Origin: Octopus sinensis
Taxonomy: Eukaryota
Reading direction: 5' to 3'
Assembly: GCF_006345805.1 (NCBI RefSeq)
Contig: NC_043007.1
Span: 53,506,001 to 53,570,000 of the forward strand
DNA length: 64,000 bases
Shown here: piece by piece, positions 21,760 through 33,349 of the stretch
Numbering within the stretch: position 1 is the stretch's first letter
Layout of the letters: every line of letters starts with the position of its first letter
Program-made: the position numbers and the translations under genes
The notes under the pieces: generated by a model
What the model saw: the letters and a program-made list of their open reading frames with translations, nothing else
The model's database searches: none
What the model was told of the DNA's origin: nothing

Positions 21760-24700
21760 TTGTCTTACCATCTCCTACCCAAACCTCACCCCACATTCCC
21801 TTCCCAGTTTTCAGAGTTGGCACTGTCAATGTTGGCACAATGAAAGGTAGGTCTAGTGAGATTGTAGAGATGCTTGAAAGGAGATGGGTTGATGTATGCT
21901 GCATACAAGAGCTAAGATGGAGAGGAACTTCAGCTAGGGTCCTCACAGCCAAGGCACATAGGTATAAAGTCTTCTGACAAGGTAACATGGATGGTGTAGG
22001 GGGTGTAGGTATACTCCTTGCAGAGAAATGGGTGAATAAGGTTATAGAGGTTGTTAGGGTATGTAATAGAGTGCTTAAGCTCAGGCTAGTCCTGCAGAAT
22101 AGCACAGCTACTATTATCTCTGTCTACGCCCCTCATGTGGGGCTACCAAATGATCAGAAGGACCACTTTTATGATACCCTTCTACAGGCTATCTCAAAGA
22201 CGGGTGGCAATGACCTCATCTTTGTGGCTGGAGACTTTAATGGGCATGTCAGACGGGAATCAGGTATCTTCACTGGGGTACATGGTGGCCATGGTATTGG
22301 CACCTGGAATAATGAGGGAACCAGGCTACTAGAGTTCTGTGATGCATGTAACCTTTTAATCTGCATCACTAACTTCATGAAGCCAGACAGCCACCTTATA
22401 ACCTATCAATCGGGGGACTCTGCTAACCAGATTGATTTCATCCTCACAAGACAGCGGGATGCAGAGTTGCTCTTAAATACAAAGACCCTCCCGAGTGAAG
22501 AATGTACCCCCCAGCATAGGCTAGTCGTTAATGACTGTAGGCTCGAGGCCAGAAGAATATCAAGAAGCAGACCAATCCAGAAAAGAAGAATTTGGAAGCT
22601 AAAGAACCCTTCACATGGTCAGAGATTTAGGGACATCTTCATCAATAAATTTGATGAGAGGGAGGAGGAGCTACGGACATCGGACATAGAAGGTAGCTGG
22701 AAATTCCTATGGGACAGCTTGTTGAGTGCCACAGACCAAGTCTGTGGCTGGTGCAAAGTCCCTTCCAGACCTACAGTTACGTGGTGGTGGAATAGTACTG
22801 TAGACAAAGCCATTAGAGCCAAGAAACAGGCCTGGAAAGCCTAGAAGGGTGGGGGTAGCAGGGAACTGTACCTGGTTGCCAAAAGGGAGGCTGGGCAGCT
22901 GGTATACATAGCCAAGAGCGAAGTGGGAAAGAAGAAGTTTGCCAATATCCAGCGACGTGAGGACCAAAGAACTGAGGTGTTTCGGATTGCAAGACAGTGT
23001 GTGAGAGAAAATTGTGATTTCACAGGAAAGAAATGTGTCTGAATGGATGATGGTGCACTTGCTTTTAATGATTCTGAAAAGAAAGAGGCTTGGAGAAGCC
23101 ATTATGAAAGACTTCTGAATGTGGAGAATGAATGGGAGGAGGAGAGCCTGCCAAATGTTGACCCAGTAGAAGGACCAGCTATTTGTATAGTAGATAAAGC
23201 AATTAAGGGTATGAAGCCAGGAAAAGCCCCGGCCCATCAGGAATCACTGCTGAGATGCTTAAAACATCTGGTGGTGTGGTCTAAGGCCTAGTCATCCGCA
23301 TTGTAAACCAGTTCATAATGGAGTGTAGCAGCACCATAGTCAACTGCTACAAGGGTAAAGATGATGCTCTAGATAGAAATAACTACAGGGGTTTCAAACT
23401 GCTGGCTCAGGTGATGAAGGTCACGGAGAGGGTCATCGCCCATCTCATCAGGGAGAGAGTCTGCTTAGATGAGATGCCGTTCAGTTTTGTGCTGCGGTGT
23501 GTGTGAGGAGTTCGCCTTCCTACTTACTAGAACTTTGGTCTTTGCTACATTTTCCACTGATGAGAGGGTCCCCCAATTCCTGGTTTGACAACTGCAGGAG
23601 AAATACATTTCTAAAGATAAACCCCTATACTTAGCTTTTGTGGACTTGGAGAAAGCCTTTGAGAGGGTCCCCAGATCCCTTATCTGGTGGGCGATGCAGA
23701 AACTGGAGATTGACGAATGGTTGATAAGGGCTGTATAGGTTGATAAGGCCCTATACAGAGAGGCCGTTAGTAAGGTTAGGATTGGCAATGAGTATGGTGA
23801 AGAATTTTGGGTAGAATTAGGCGTCCACCAAGGTTCAGCCCTCATTCACCTTCTATTCATCATAGTCCTCCAGGCAATAACAGAGGAATTCAAGATGGGT
23901 TACTCCTGGGAGCTCCTCTATGCTGATGACCTGGCCCTCATAGCAGAATCACTACCGGAACTAGAAAAGAAATTTTGTGTGAAAGCTAGGTTTAGAATCA
24001 AAAGGCCTTAGAGTAAATGTAGCAAAGACCAAAGTTCTAGTAAGTAGGAAGGCGAACTCATCACACACACCCTCAAGTAGGTGGCCCTGCTCGATCTGTA
24101 GAAAAGGTGAAGGTAGAAACTCCATAAGAATGTACCCAGTGTACGCTATGGACACATGAGAGGTGCAGCAACATCAAAGGAAAATTAACCGAGAAGATAG
24201 CTTTCATGTGAGGCAGATTCACAGGGGCAATGGACACCACAGATACTCAGAAAACAGATTCCATCACACTCCAGGGGAAGAAACTAGAAGTAGTTGATAG
24301 TTTCTGCTACCTAAGTGACCAAGTTAGTAGTGGAGGTGGATGCTCAGAGAGTGTCACCACTAGAATAAGTATAGCCTGGGCAAAGTTTAGAAAGCTTCTT
24401 CCCCTACTGGTGACAAAGGGTCTCTCGCTCAGAGTGAAATGTAGATTGTATGATGCATGTGTGCGAACTGCCATACTTCACGGCAGTGAAACACAAGCCG
24501 TGACTGTGGAGGACATGCGTAGGCTTGAAAAAAATGAAGCTGGCATGATCCGCTGGATGTGTAATGTCAGTGTCCATGCACGAAGAGTGTAAACGCCCTG
24601 AGAGAAATGCTGGACATAAGAAGCATCAAATGTGGCATGCAGGAGAGATGTTTGCATTGGTATGGTCATGTACTACGGATGGATGAGGAGAGATGTGTGA

Positions 24701-25960
24701 AGTGCCGCTCCCAAACTGTTGAAGGAATCCGGGATAGAGGTAGATGCAGGAAGACATGGAATGAGGTGGTCAAGCATGACCTTCGAATGTTGGGCCTCAC
24801 AGATGCTATGACGAAAGACCATGACCTCTGGAGATATGCTGTGACTGCAAAGACCCAACAAATGAAGTGAGTTCATGGCTCCCAGGATGGCCTGCTGTGC
24901 TAACCTTGGATCGTAGGGCAGCTTGCTGTGCTAACCTTGGATCGTAGGGTGGCCTGCTGTACTTGAGGAGACCTATTGATGACCTGGCCCTCATAGCAGA
25001 ATCACTACCGGAACTAGAAAAGAAATTTTGTGTGTGAAAGCTAGGTTTAGAATCAAAAGGCTTTAGAGTAAATGTAGCAAAGACCAAAGTTCTAGTTAGT
25101 AGGAAGGCGAACTCATCACACACACCCTCAAGTAGATGGTCCTGCTCGATCTGTAGAAAAGGTGAAGGTAGAAACTCCATAAGATGTACCCATCTTATGG
25201 ACACATAAGAGGTGCAGCAACATCAAAGGAAAATTAACCGAGAAGATAGCTTTCGTGTGTGGCAGATGCACAGGGGCAATAGACACTACAGATACTCAGA
25301 AAACAGATTCCATCACACTCCAGGGGAAGAAACTAGAAGTAGTTGATAGTTTCTGCTACCTAAGTGACCAAGTTAGTAGCGGAGTTGGATGTTCAGAGAG
25401 TGTTACCACTAGAATAAGTATAGCCTGGGCAAAGTACATCTACATCAAAATAAAATTCAAATGGATATTGTAGTTGTGATACCCGTGCCGGTGACATGTT
25501 GGGCCTCACAGAGGAAATGAGAAAAGACCGAGACCTCTGAGATATGCTGTGACTACGAAGACCCGACAAATGAAGTGAGTTCATGGCTCGCAGGACGGCC
25601 TGCTGTGATAACCTTGGATCGTAGAGTGACCTGCTGTGCTTGAGTCAAGAACATTAACATCAACATCAAAATAAAAATCAAATGGAAATTGTAGTTATGA
25701 TACCCATGCCGGTGGCACATAAAAAGCACCATCCGAACATGGCTGATGCCAGCTCTGCCTGACTGGCGTCCATGTTGGTGACACGTAAAAAGCACCAACG
25801 GCATGGGTGGCATTAGGAAGGGCATCCAGCCATAGAAACACTGCCTGATCAGACTGGAGCCTGGTGCAGCCTCCTGGCTTCCCTGACCCCGGTTGAACCG
25901 TCCAACCCATGCTAGCATGGAAAACAGACGTTAAACGATGATGATGATGATGATGATGAT
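21760..25960 (+). mobile_element. RTE LINE, near full-length, degenerate, with internal 3' duplications
   Basis: APE: VGTVNVGTMKG, CIQE, SVYAP, AGDFNGHV, IDFIL. RT: NNYRGFKLL, FVDLEKAFERVP, GVHQGS, LLYADDL. Segment 24980..25440 repeats 23930..24380. The (GAT)n tail ends at about 25960. Confidence 0.9.
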
Positions 25961-26229
25961 ATATCTTTTTGCAAACAACTTGCAAATGCAAGTGCTACCA
26001 GATGAAAGCTCCAGATACTGGATGCTAGCAAGTTTATGAGATCATCAGGAGAGAAGGTTTTGGGGCCTTCTTCTCAATGGCATCATTGCACACCATCTAC
26101 TCCTTCACTGAAATGAAGCCCCACTTGCTAGATCAACTGGTTATATATTTTGCTCAATATTTTTCTACCCATTACTCATTGTCCCTTTTTAACCAAACCC
26201 AGTAGCTTACCTTCTCCACTGTAGTCTGG

Positions 26230-26520
26230 TTATCACTCATGATGGTATTTGCTTCAAGATGAGTTAGGCTCATGTGTCCAATGAATCCTCTACATCCAAC
26301 TTTGATTCGAAAATGTTCTGCTTTCCAGCCTGCGTTTTCACATTTCTTGAGGAGGTCTTTATAATAGTTGATCTTTCAAGCCCAAGCGGCATTCATGCTA
26401 TTTTCATGAGGAATCATTATCTTGACTAGATTTACTACTTTCTTTCATACCTTTTATGAAAATATCTGGTCTTTTCCTAACTGGAATGGGAAAGAATCCA
26501 CTGCCATCACATTTATATTC
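26230..26520 (-). mobile_element. Restriction-like endonuclease remnant of an RLE non-LTR retrotransposon (HERO/NeSL-like)
   Basis: Minus strand reads RKRPDIF...LVKIMIPHENSMNAAWA*KINYYKDLLKKCENAGWKAEHFRIKVGCRGFIG, matching RPD..ELTVP.E..K..KY..L..GW..EVGCRGF. Confidence 0.6.
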
Positions 26521-26849
26521 TGATCCCCTAATATAAAAGTATACCATGGTACTTCCCCATCATCTTTCTCTTACTCTCTCTTGCACTCTTTCTTTCTCTT
26601 ATTCTTGATCACTCACTCTCTCTTTCCATCTCTCTAGCAATAGGACAAAATTTATATTATTTGCTCTCAACCGAAGCAAGGCTCCTTCTAAGTGGTTAAC
26701 CACGTATCTCCTCTATAACAAGACACCTTTTTCTATCTCTCTGTCACACTTTAACCTCTCATCCCCTGGCACAAGGCCACCTCCTCCAATCCACCCCTCC
26801 TCAAAGTATCTTTGTCATGCAAGTTATTTGGTGATGCATCCAGTCCACA

Positions 26850-27080
26850 CTATAAAGTGGTTGGTGTTTGGAAGGATATCCAGCTATAAAACCATGCCAA
26901 AAGAGGTCACACTGGTGTTGGTGCCATGTAAAGAGCACTCAGTCTACTCTGAAAGATGGTTGGTGTGAGGAAGGGTATCCAGCTGTAAAATCCCTGCTAA
27001 AACACGCAGTGAAGCCTGGTGCAGTCTTCTGCCTAGCCAGCCCCTGTCAGCATAGAAAACAGACATTAAATGATGATGAT
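26850..27080 (+). mobile_element. RTE LINE 3' end (old)
   Basis: Degenerate 3' UTR ending GACATTAAATGATGATGAT. Confidence 0.6.
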
Positions 27081-28047
27081 TCATACATGCAGGGCTACCC
27101 TTAAGCTGACTGGACCAATTGCTCCCAATCGGGCCCTGCATTCAAGGGAGCCCTGCATTCAAGAGGCCACATTCTATACTGCGACATTTTAAAATAATCT
27201 ACATGATCTTTGAAGAAAAAAAGAAAAAACATACTTCCTACACAAGATGTCAAAAGATAGACCCATCCAAAACTACTTGGGTCAGCAGCTGAGTTTGAAG
27301 AAATTTATTGTATTTTTAGTGTAAGGGTCAACATGTGTTTGCACGTGAATGTTTGGGAGTATATATGGGGATGTTTGGTTAAAATATTTGTGTGTCTGTG
27401 AGAATATGTATGTGGGTGAATTGTATGTATATATGTGTGCATATATTTGTGTGTCAGTTTCTTTAAATATGTTTAATTTTGGGGAAACTTTTTTTATTTC
27501 AATAAAGTGTATTTTATATATGTGTCTGTGAGTGTGTATGTGTGTGTGTGTGCATATGCATGTATGTATTAAAGAAAGCAAAAATATAAAAATGATTAAA
27601 GCAAAAGGCTAAATGGATGTGTATGTGTAAAAGAGTGTAGTACTCAGTATTTTGGCTACAATGTTTAAAGGTTAAAAGTTCAATGATTTTTGAAAGTGGT
27701 TTGGTTGAGGTTTTTGTATTTATGTGTATGATTGTATGTATTTTTATTTCGTGGAGAATTGTATACATTTGTGAGTGTATGTGTGTGTGTAGTGAGAGAA
27801 AGATGGGGGAGGTGAGATAAAATTTCTTGTCTCTTGTTCAAACGAGAAAATTTCTTTGCAATGGCATCCATTCAGGTTTTGGACAAGAACAAATTCACAG
27901 CCACACACACACAAACATGCACGCACACACACACAAGCACACATGAGGCTATAGTAGGAGACATTTGGTGTCACACATTGGTACTAAATCCAGAAACATA
28001 TAGCTAAGAAACAAAGTCCTTGTAACAGAGCCTATAGAAAAAAATAA

Positions 28048-30337
28048 CACTGGCCAACAGCCAATTTTCATCAGGGATATTATATGGTGTTTTATATGTA
28101 CTTTTGTCTGCAGTTTTAAAAAATATAATCGGTTTCCTTCTATCAGGAACAGTTTTTCTGATGAGATAAGAGAGGTATATAACTCCCATCAGCAGTATTG
28201 CTACACGTAAACATCTTATACAGGTAAATTCTAACTTCTGTTTTATAATTATTTGTATTCATATTGCAATTTTATGTTTTCATAATCTTTTCTTTTCATA
28301 AATTTTGCTTTCTGTTTAAAGTGCCAAATCATCATCATCATCAAATTCTACTCAGGATGTTAAGGCATTGCAAGAACAGTCCTGATATATTTTGTCATGT
28401 CTGTGGTTCATTTACCACCAAAGCTCAGCAATGTGCCATCACAAGTGAAATCAAGAAGATCTACCAGTTATACTTTGGCTGCTCTCTCAGGGCCCTGTAT
28501 ATCATCTGCTCAGCTTATTCAAATGGACAAAGGGATTGGCTAAATAATAGGAAGAGAGCAATGCCGTTTGGATTGGCTAAATAAGAGGAAGAGAGCAATG
28601 CCGTTTGCAATACCTACGATATGGAGAGAGCCAAAGGATCATTTCATGGACTGTTATTTCTGCAATGTTAATGTATGTGGGTTTACTGTAAAGACCAAGC
28701 ATAAGATTGTGTATCCCAACTTGGAATCAGCAAAAAGACCAGTACCGCACAATGATGATGATCTTCCTATTTCAATACCACCAGAAAATAGCCTTCAGAT
28801 ATCTGATGAAGATGTATTTCCGGAAGAAAATACTACTGCTGTGGAAGACACCAAAATGGATGCAGATTTCACAATTGAAAATGAAGATGTACCACAGAAA
28901 TTTTCTCAAGGAGAGTTAAATGATTTAGTTAGAGACTTGTCATTGTTGAAGGATAAAGCTGAACTATTAGCATCTCGCCTACAAGAAAAGTGTCTGCTTA
29001 AGAAAGATGTTTGTATTACTCATTTCAGGAAGAGAAATAGGGATCTGACTTCATGCTTCTCTGTTGATGAACCACTTTGTTTTAGTAATAGCACTGATGA
29101 GTTATTTCACTGTTTGTTCCAAGAGCATATTCCGGCTGAATGGCGCTTATTCATTGATTCATCCAAGAGAAGCCTCAAAGCAGTACTACTACACAACGGC
29201 AATAAGAAACCATCCATTCCCATAGGACATTCAGTGCACATGAAGGAGTGTTATGAAAACATGCACGTACTCCTCAATGCCATAATGTATACAAACTACA
29301 GCTGGAAAATATGTGGAGATTTGGAGGTGATTGGAATGTTGATGGGAATGCAATCTGGGTTCATGAAATATTGTTGCATTTTATGCCTATGGGACAGTCA
29401 TGCAACTAACAAGCACTATGTGCAATCAGAGTGGCCTTTGTGAAAATCATATGAGCCAGGAGTTTCTAGCATCCAGAGTAAGCCACTTTTAAAACCAGAA
29501 AATGTTCTTCTTCCACCTTTTCACATAAAGCTTGGCCTCATGAAACAATTCGTGAAGAAACTTGCCAGGGAAAGCTGAAAAGGTTTTGAGTATGTGAAGG
29601 TCAAATTTCCAAAATTCACCGAGGCAAAACTAAAGGAGGGTGTATTCATAGGTCCGCAGATAAAAGAACCCCTGAAGGACAACCACTTCCTCACAGCACT
29701 GGATGAAATTGAGCTTAAAGCCTGGGAATCCTTCAAATGGCTCTGTGAAAATTTCCTAGGCAACAAGAGATCTCTAGAGTTTAGAAATGGAGCAAAATGT
29801 CTTCTAGACTCCTACACTGCAATGGGCTGTCAGATGTCATTAAAAGTCCATTTCCTTGATTCACATCTGGACTCTTTTGCAGAGAACTTTAGAACCGTGT
29901 CTGATGAGCAAGGGGAATGCTTTCATCAAGATATTGCATCGATACAACAACGATATCAAGGATTTTGGAATGCAGGAATGTTAGCTGAATACTATTGGAT
30001 GTTATACAGGGATGAACCTGAGATAAAACACCATAGAAAGTCTAAATCCCAAAGATTTTAAGTTTATGCATTTGAGTATATTCTAACTTATTTGTACACA
30101 TTAATTTTAATTTTGTACAATAAAAAGCCATGAAATTATTGTATCTTGCATTCAGTATACTTTATATAGACATGCTTTACGTATCCTATAAGTTAAAACA
30201 GCAGGTATCATTAACATGAAAATGTGACCTGATAGAGGAAATAGGACTTCAGATTTGTAATCAGCATCAGAAATTAACCCATAAAAGTCAATCAGCAACT
30301 CTGATGATTAAAAAGAGTTTCATTTTGTTGACCAGTG
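28048..30337 (+). mobile_element. Complete Chapaev3-type (CMC superfamily) DNA transposon
   Basis: Left end TAA|CACTGGCCAACA and right end TGTTGACCAGTG|TAA give an 11/12 TIR match, CAC termini and a 3-bp TAA TSD. An internal transposase is present. Confidence 0.85.
28357..30061 (+). pseudogene. Chapaev-type transposase, disrupted
   Basis: Motifs: CKNSPDIFCHVCG; WREPKDHFMDCYFC; LFIDSSKRSLKAVLLHNGN; ICGDLEV; CILCLWDS; PPFHIKLGLMKQFVK; HFLDSHLD; VSDEQGECFHQDI. There are stops near 29441 and 29578 and a 37-bp duplication at about 28533..28607. Confidence 0.85.
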
Positions 30338-30849
30338 TAATCAGTAAGTATATAACTAGCTACAATGCAAAAAAAGCACGGAAAATTCTAACAAAAACAG
30401 GGAAATTCAAACAGTTATGTTTCCTATAGGGGCAGGTGGGGCACAATGAGTAATATTTACTGTATTTTTGAGTTTGATGAAAATGTTTTTTTACAAATGT
30501 TCATTACCTTGCCAAAACTGTATCAGCTATGAAAAGACCTTATCTAAATGCAGTAAAAACTATAACATACTCAGAACATTATTTCAGAAAATTATCAACA
30601 TTCTCTTTGAGCATATAAATGACAAATTTAGCCGAGGCAAAACGAGTAAGGCAAGATAAGATAAATTTGCCACTTCAGTTCTCCAAAATTACATTTAAAA
30701 AAAGACTCGTACACATCAATATTTATCCTCTGGCATTAGAAAGATCAAAAATGCAACAAAAATTTAAAATATCTTGGTCAAATGAAATGGAATCATGGAA
30801 AAATGTCGCTTGACTAAATCTAAAAGCTCAAAATATTCGATAGTTTCTT

Positions 30850-30891
30850 CGTGGAAAACGGACGTTAAACGATGATGATGATGATGATGAT
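30850..30891 (+). mobile_element. Extreme 3' tip of an RTE LINE
   Basis: GGAAAACGGACGTTAAAC(GAT)n. Confidence 0.7.
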
Positions 30892-31911
30892 AAGCTGCTG
30901 GAGTGCACCAAACAGTTACAGAGAAGAAATTATTAAAATTAGTCATTACTCATTTTGCCCTAATTTAGGTATTTTTTTTCTTATTTTTTTTTGAAACTTG
31001 AAGATTATCAAATTAGATATTAATGTGAGTAAAAATTGATGGGGAATCCAACAGAGAAAAGAATATTGATGATTAAACACCAAAAATTATCCAGACATAT
31101 CATAAGCTACGCATACCTGAATTACAGTCAATCAAATTTGAAGAAAACTTTTTTGTAAAAAATACTTGTCACCTATGCTTCAAACTCTCTCTGCTTCAAC
31201 AACTACATAAACTATACTGACTAATTTTTACTCCAAAAGATGATGCAATGGTACAAAATGGAAATGCAATACTTGCAATGTAGTGGTTGAAAGCAGGTAG
31301 GGTAACAAGAAATCAGAAATTACTAATTTTTCCCCAGTTACCATTTTTGCTCCATTTCCATTTAGTAATTTCAGGTGTTTGAAAGAATGATGAAAAATAA
31401 AGGAAAAATAAAAAAGAAAAAAGTTTGATCTAATGAAAAACATTTGAATATATATGCAATAATTCTAAAACAGGAAAAAGTGCTTTTAGCTGTTGAGAGA
31501 TGTAATTTTACAATTAAAACTAAATTCAAAATTTAAATTTTGGAACATATTCTTTACTTGTTTCTTAAAATAAGACCAGTTTCCAATGCCAAACTGAAAT
31601 AATTAAGTTTAGAAGTAGCAATGTATGTGTGTGAGTGTGTACCTTTAACTGCAAGTGGTTAAGCCAAGGCTCAGTCATGCATTGAAAGAAGGAATTTGAC
31701 CTAGAGAAAATAACTTCTTTCTATCAATCTCTTTACCTGTATATGCATTCATACTTACATGCATGCACACACAGGTGCATGCATACACACACACACACAC
31801 ACACACATACATACATACATTTTCAGGAGTGTTCTGTTGGTTCCTTTTTCTCTGTTATTGTCCCAAAAAGCAGCTACAAATCCCTTGGGAATTGTAACTG
31901 CTTTGGATTAT

Positions 31912-32870
31912 CAAGAGAGAAGCAAGATGAGAGTTTCCCAAGATCAGCAAAGGCATGCTACAGCACACCTAATGGGCTCTCAAAACAAAAGCAAGATGAG
32001 GCGTCCTCAAGATCTGCAAAGGCATGCTGCAGCACATCAGACTGAGTCGCAATACAGAAGGGAGATGAGAATTTCCAAAGATCAGCAGATTCATGCTTCA
32101 GCATGTCAAATGGAGTCTCAAGACAGAAGCATGATGAGACTTTCTGAAGATCAGCATATGCATGCTGCAGCACGTAAGATGGAGTCTCAAGTGAGAAGGG
32201 AGTTAAGGCTTCTGCAAGATCAGCAAATACATGTTGCAACACGTACCAAGAGAGAAAGAGATTAGACTTTCTCAAGCTCAGCAAATGCATGCTGCAGCAT
32301 ATCAAATGGAGATGAGACTTTCTGAAGATTGGCAAAAGCATGCTGCAACATGTCAAATGGATTCTCAATAAACAAGAGAGATGAGACTTTCACAAGATCA
32401 GCAAACGACATGCAACAGCACATCAGCTGGAATCTCAATACACAAGAGAGAGGAGATTTTCCCAAGATCAGCAAATGCATGCTGCAGCACATCAAATGGA
32501 GTCACAAGACAGAAGCAAGATGAGACTTTCCAACGATCAGCGAAGGTATGTTGCAGCACATCAGATGGAGTCTCAAGTGAGAAAGGAGATGAGACTTCCC
32601 CAAGATAATCAAACACATACTGCAGCACGTGTAATGTTGTATCAAGAGAGAAGGGAGATTAGACATTCTCAAGCTCAGCAAAAGCATGCTGCAGCACATC
32701 AAATGGATTCTCAGTAAAGAAGGGAGATGATACTTTTGCAAGATCAGCAAAAAGATGCTGCAGCACGTGAAATAGAGTCTCAATAGAGAAGGGAGATGAG
32801 AATTTCCCAAGATCAGCAAATGCATGCTGCAGCATGTCAGGTGCAGATTCTTGAGAGACAGGAGGTGATC
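31912..32870 (+). repeat. 69-bp tandem array (about 14 units) encoding degenerate 23-aa repeats
   Basis: Translated units QDQQRHATAHLMGSQNKSKMRRP / QDLQRHAAAHQTESQYRREMRIS / KDQQIHASACQMESQDRSMMRLS / EDQHMHAAARKMESQVRRELRLL. The frame is broken by indels and stops. Confidence 0.9.
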
Positions 32871-33349
32871 TCAAAATCCTGCTAGACTTTTCTCAGATTT
32901 ATAACATGACATTGTTTTTGTTATCCTCAATCTTCATTCCAAAGATGAAGCTTTGTATCATTGTCAGAAACCAGCTCCTTCTTCAGAGGAAGAATTTAGA
33001 TGATTAAAAACAAGAGAGAAACACATATGCATGCATACAATTTGGTGATACAGGATTCAAAGACCTAAATTCTAAGCTGCACCAGCTGAAACAACAACTC
33101 ACAGCTACAGCTGAAAACTAGGGTATGGATCTACAACACACGAACAGCAAATGTTCAATATCATTTGCCAGAAATCCCAAGTCAGTTTATCACAGCTTCA
33201 ATGTGAAAACCTCAATCTGTGTAAAAGATCAGGTTGAGTGCTGCTACTGGAGATCTGTATAAGAAATAATTGATGAATTCAACAAACAAGCTGTATAGAT
33301 AAAAAGAGCAGGACTACTGCAGGCATATCCAGCAAAAGCAATATGAAGT

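Noticed and set aside
30428-30965. Possible MITE bounded by GGGCACAATGAGTAAT / ATTACTCATTTTGCCC
   Set aside because: The match is short and imperfect, with no clear TSD or second copy in the window.
31912-32870. Reflectin or other cephalopod structural-protein gene
   Set aside because: It lacks the Met/Tyr/Asp-rich M/FD(X)5MD reflectin motif, and the frame is broken repeatedly.
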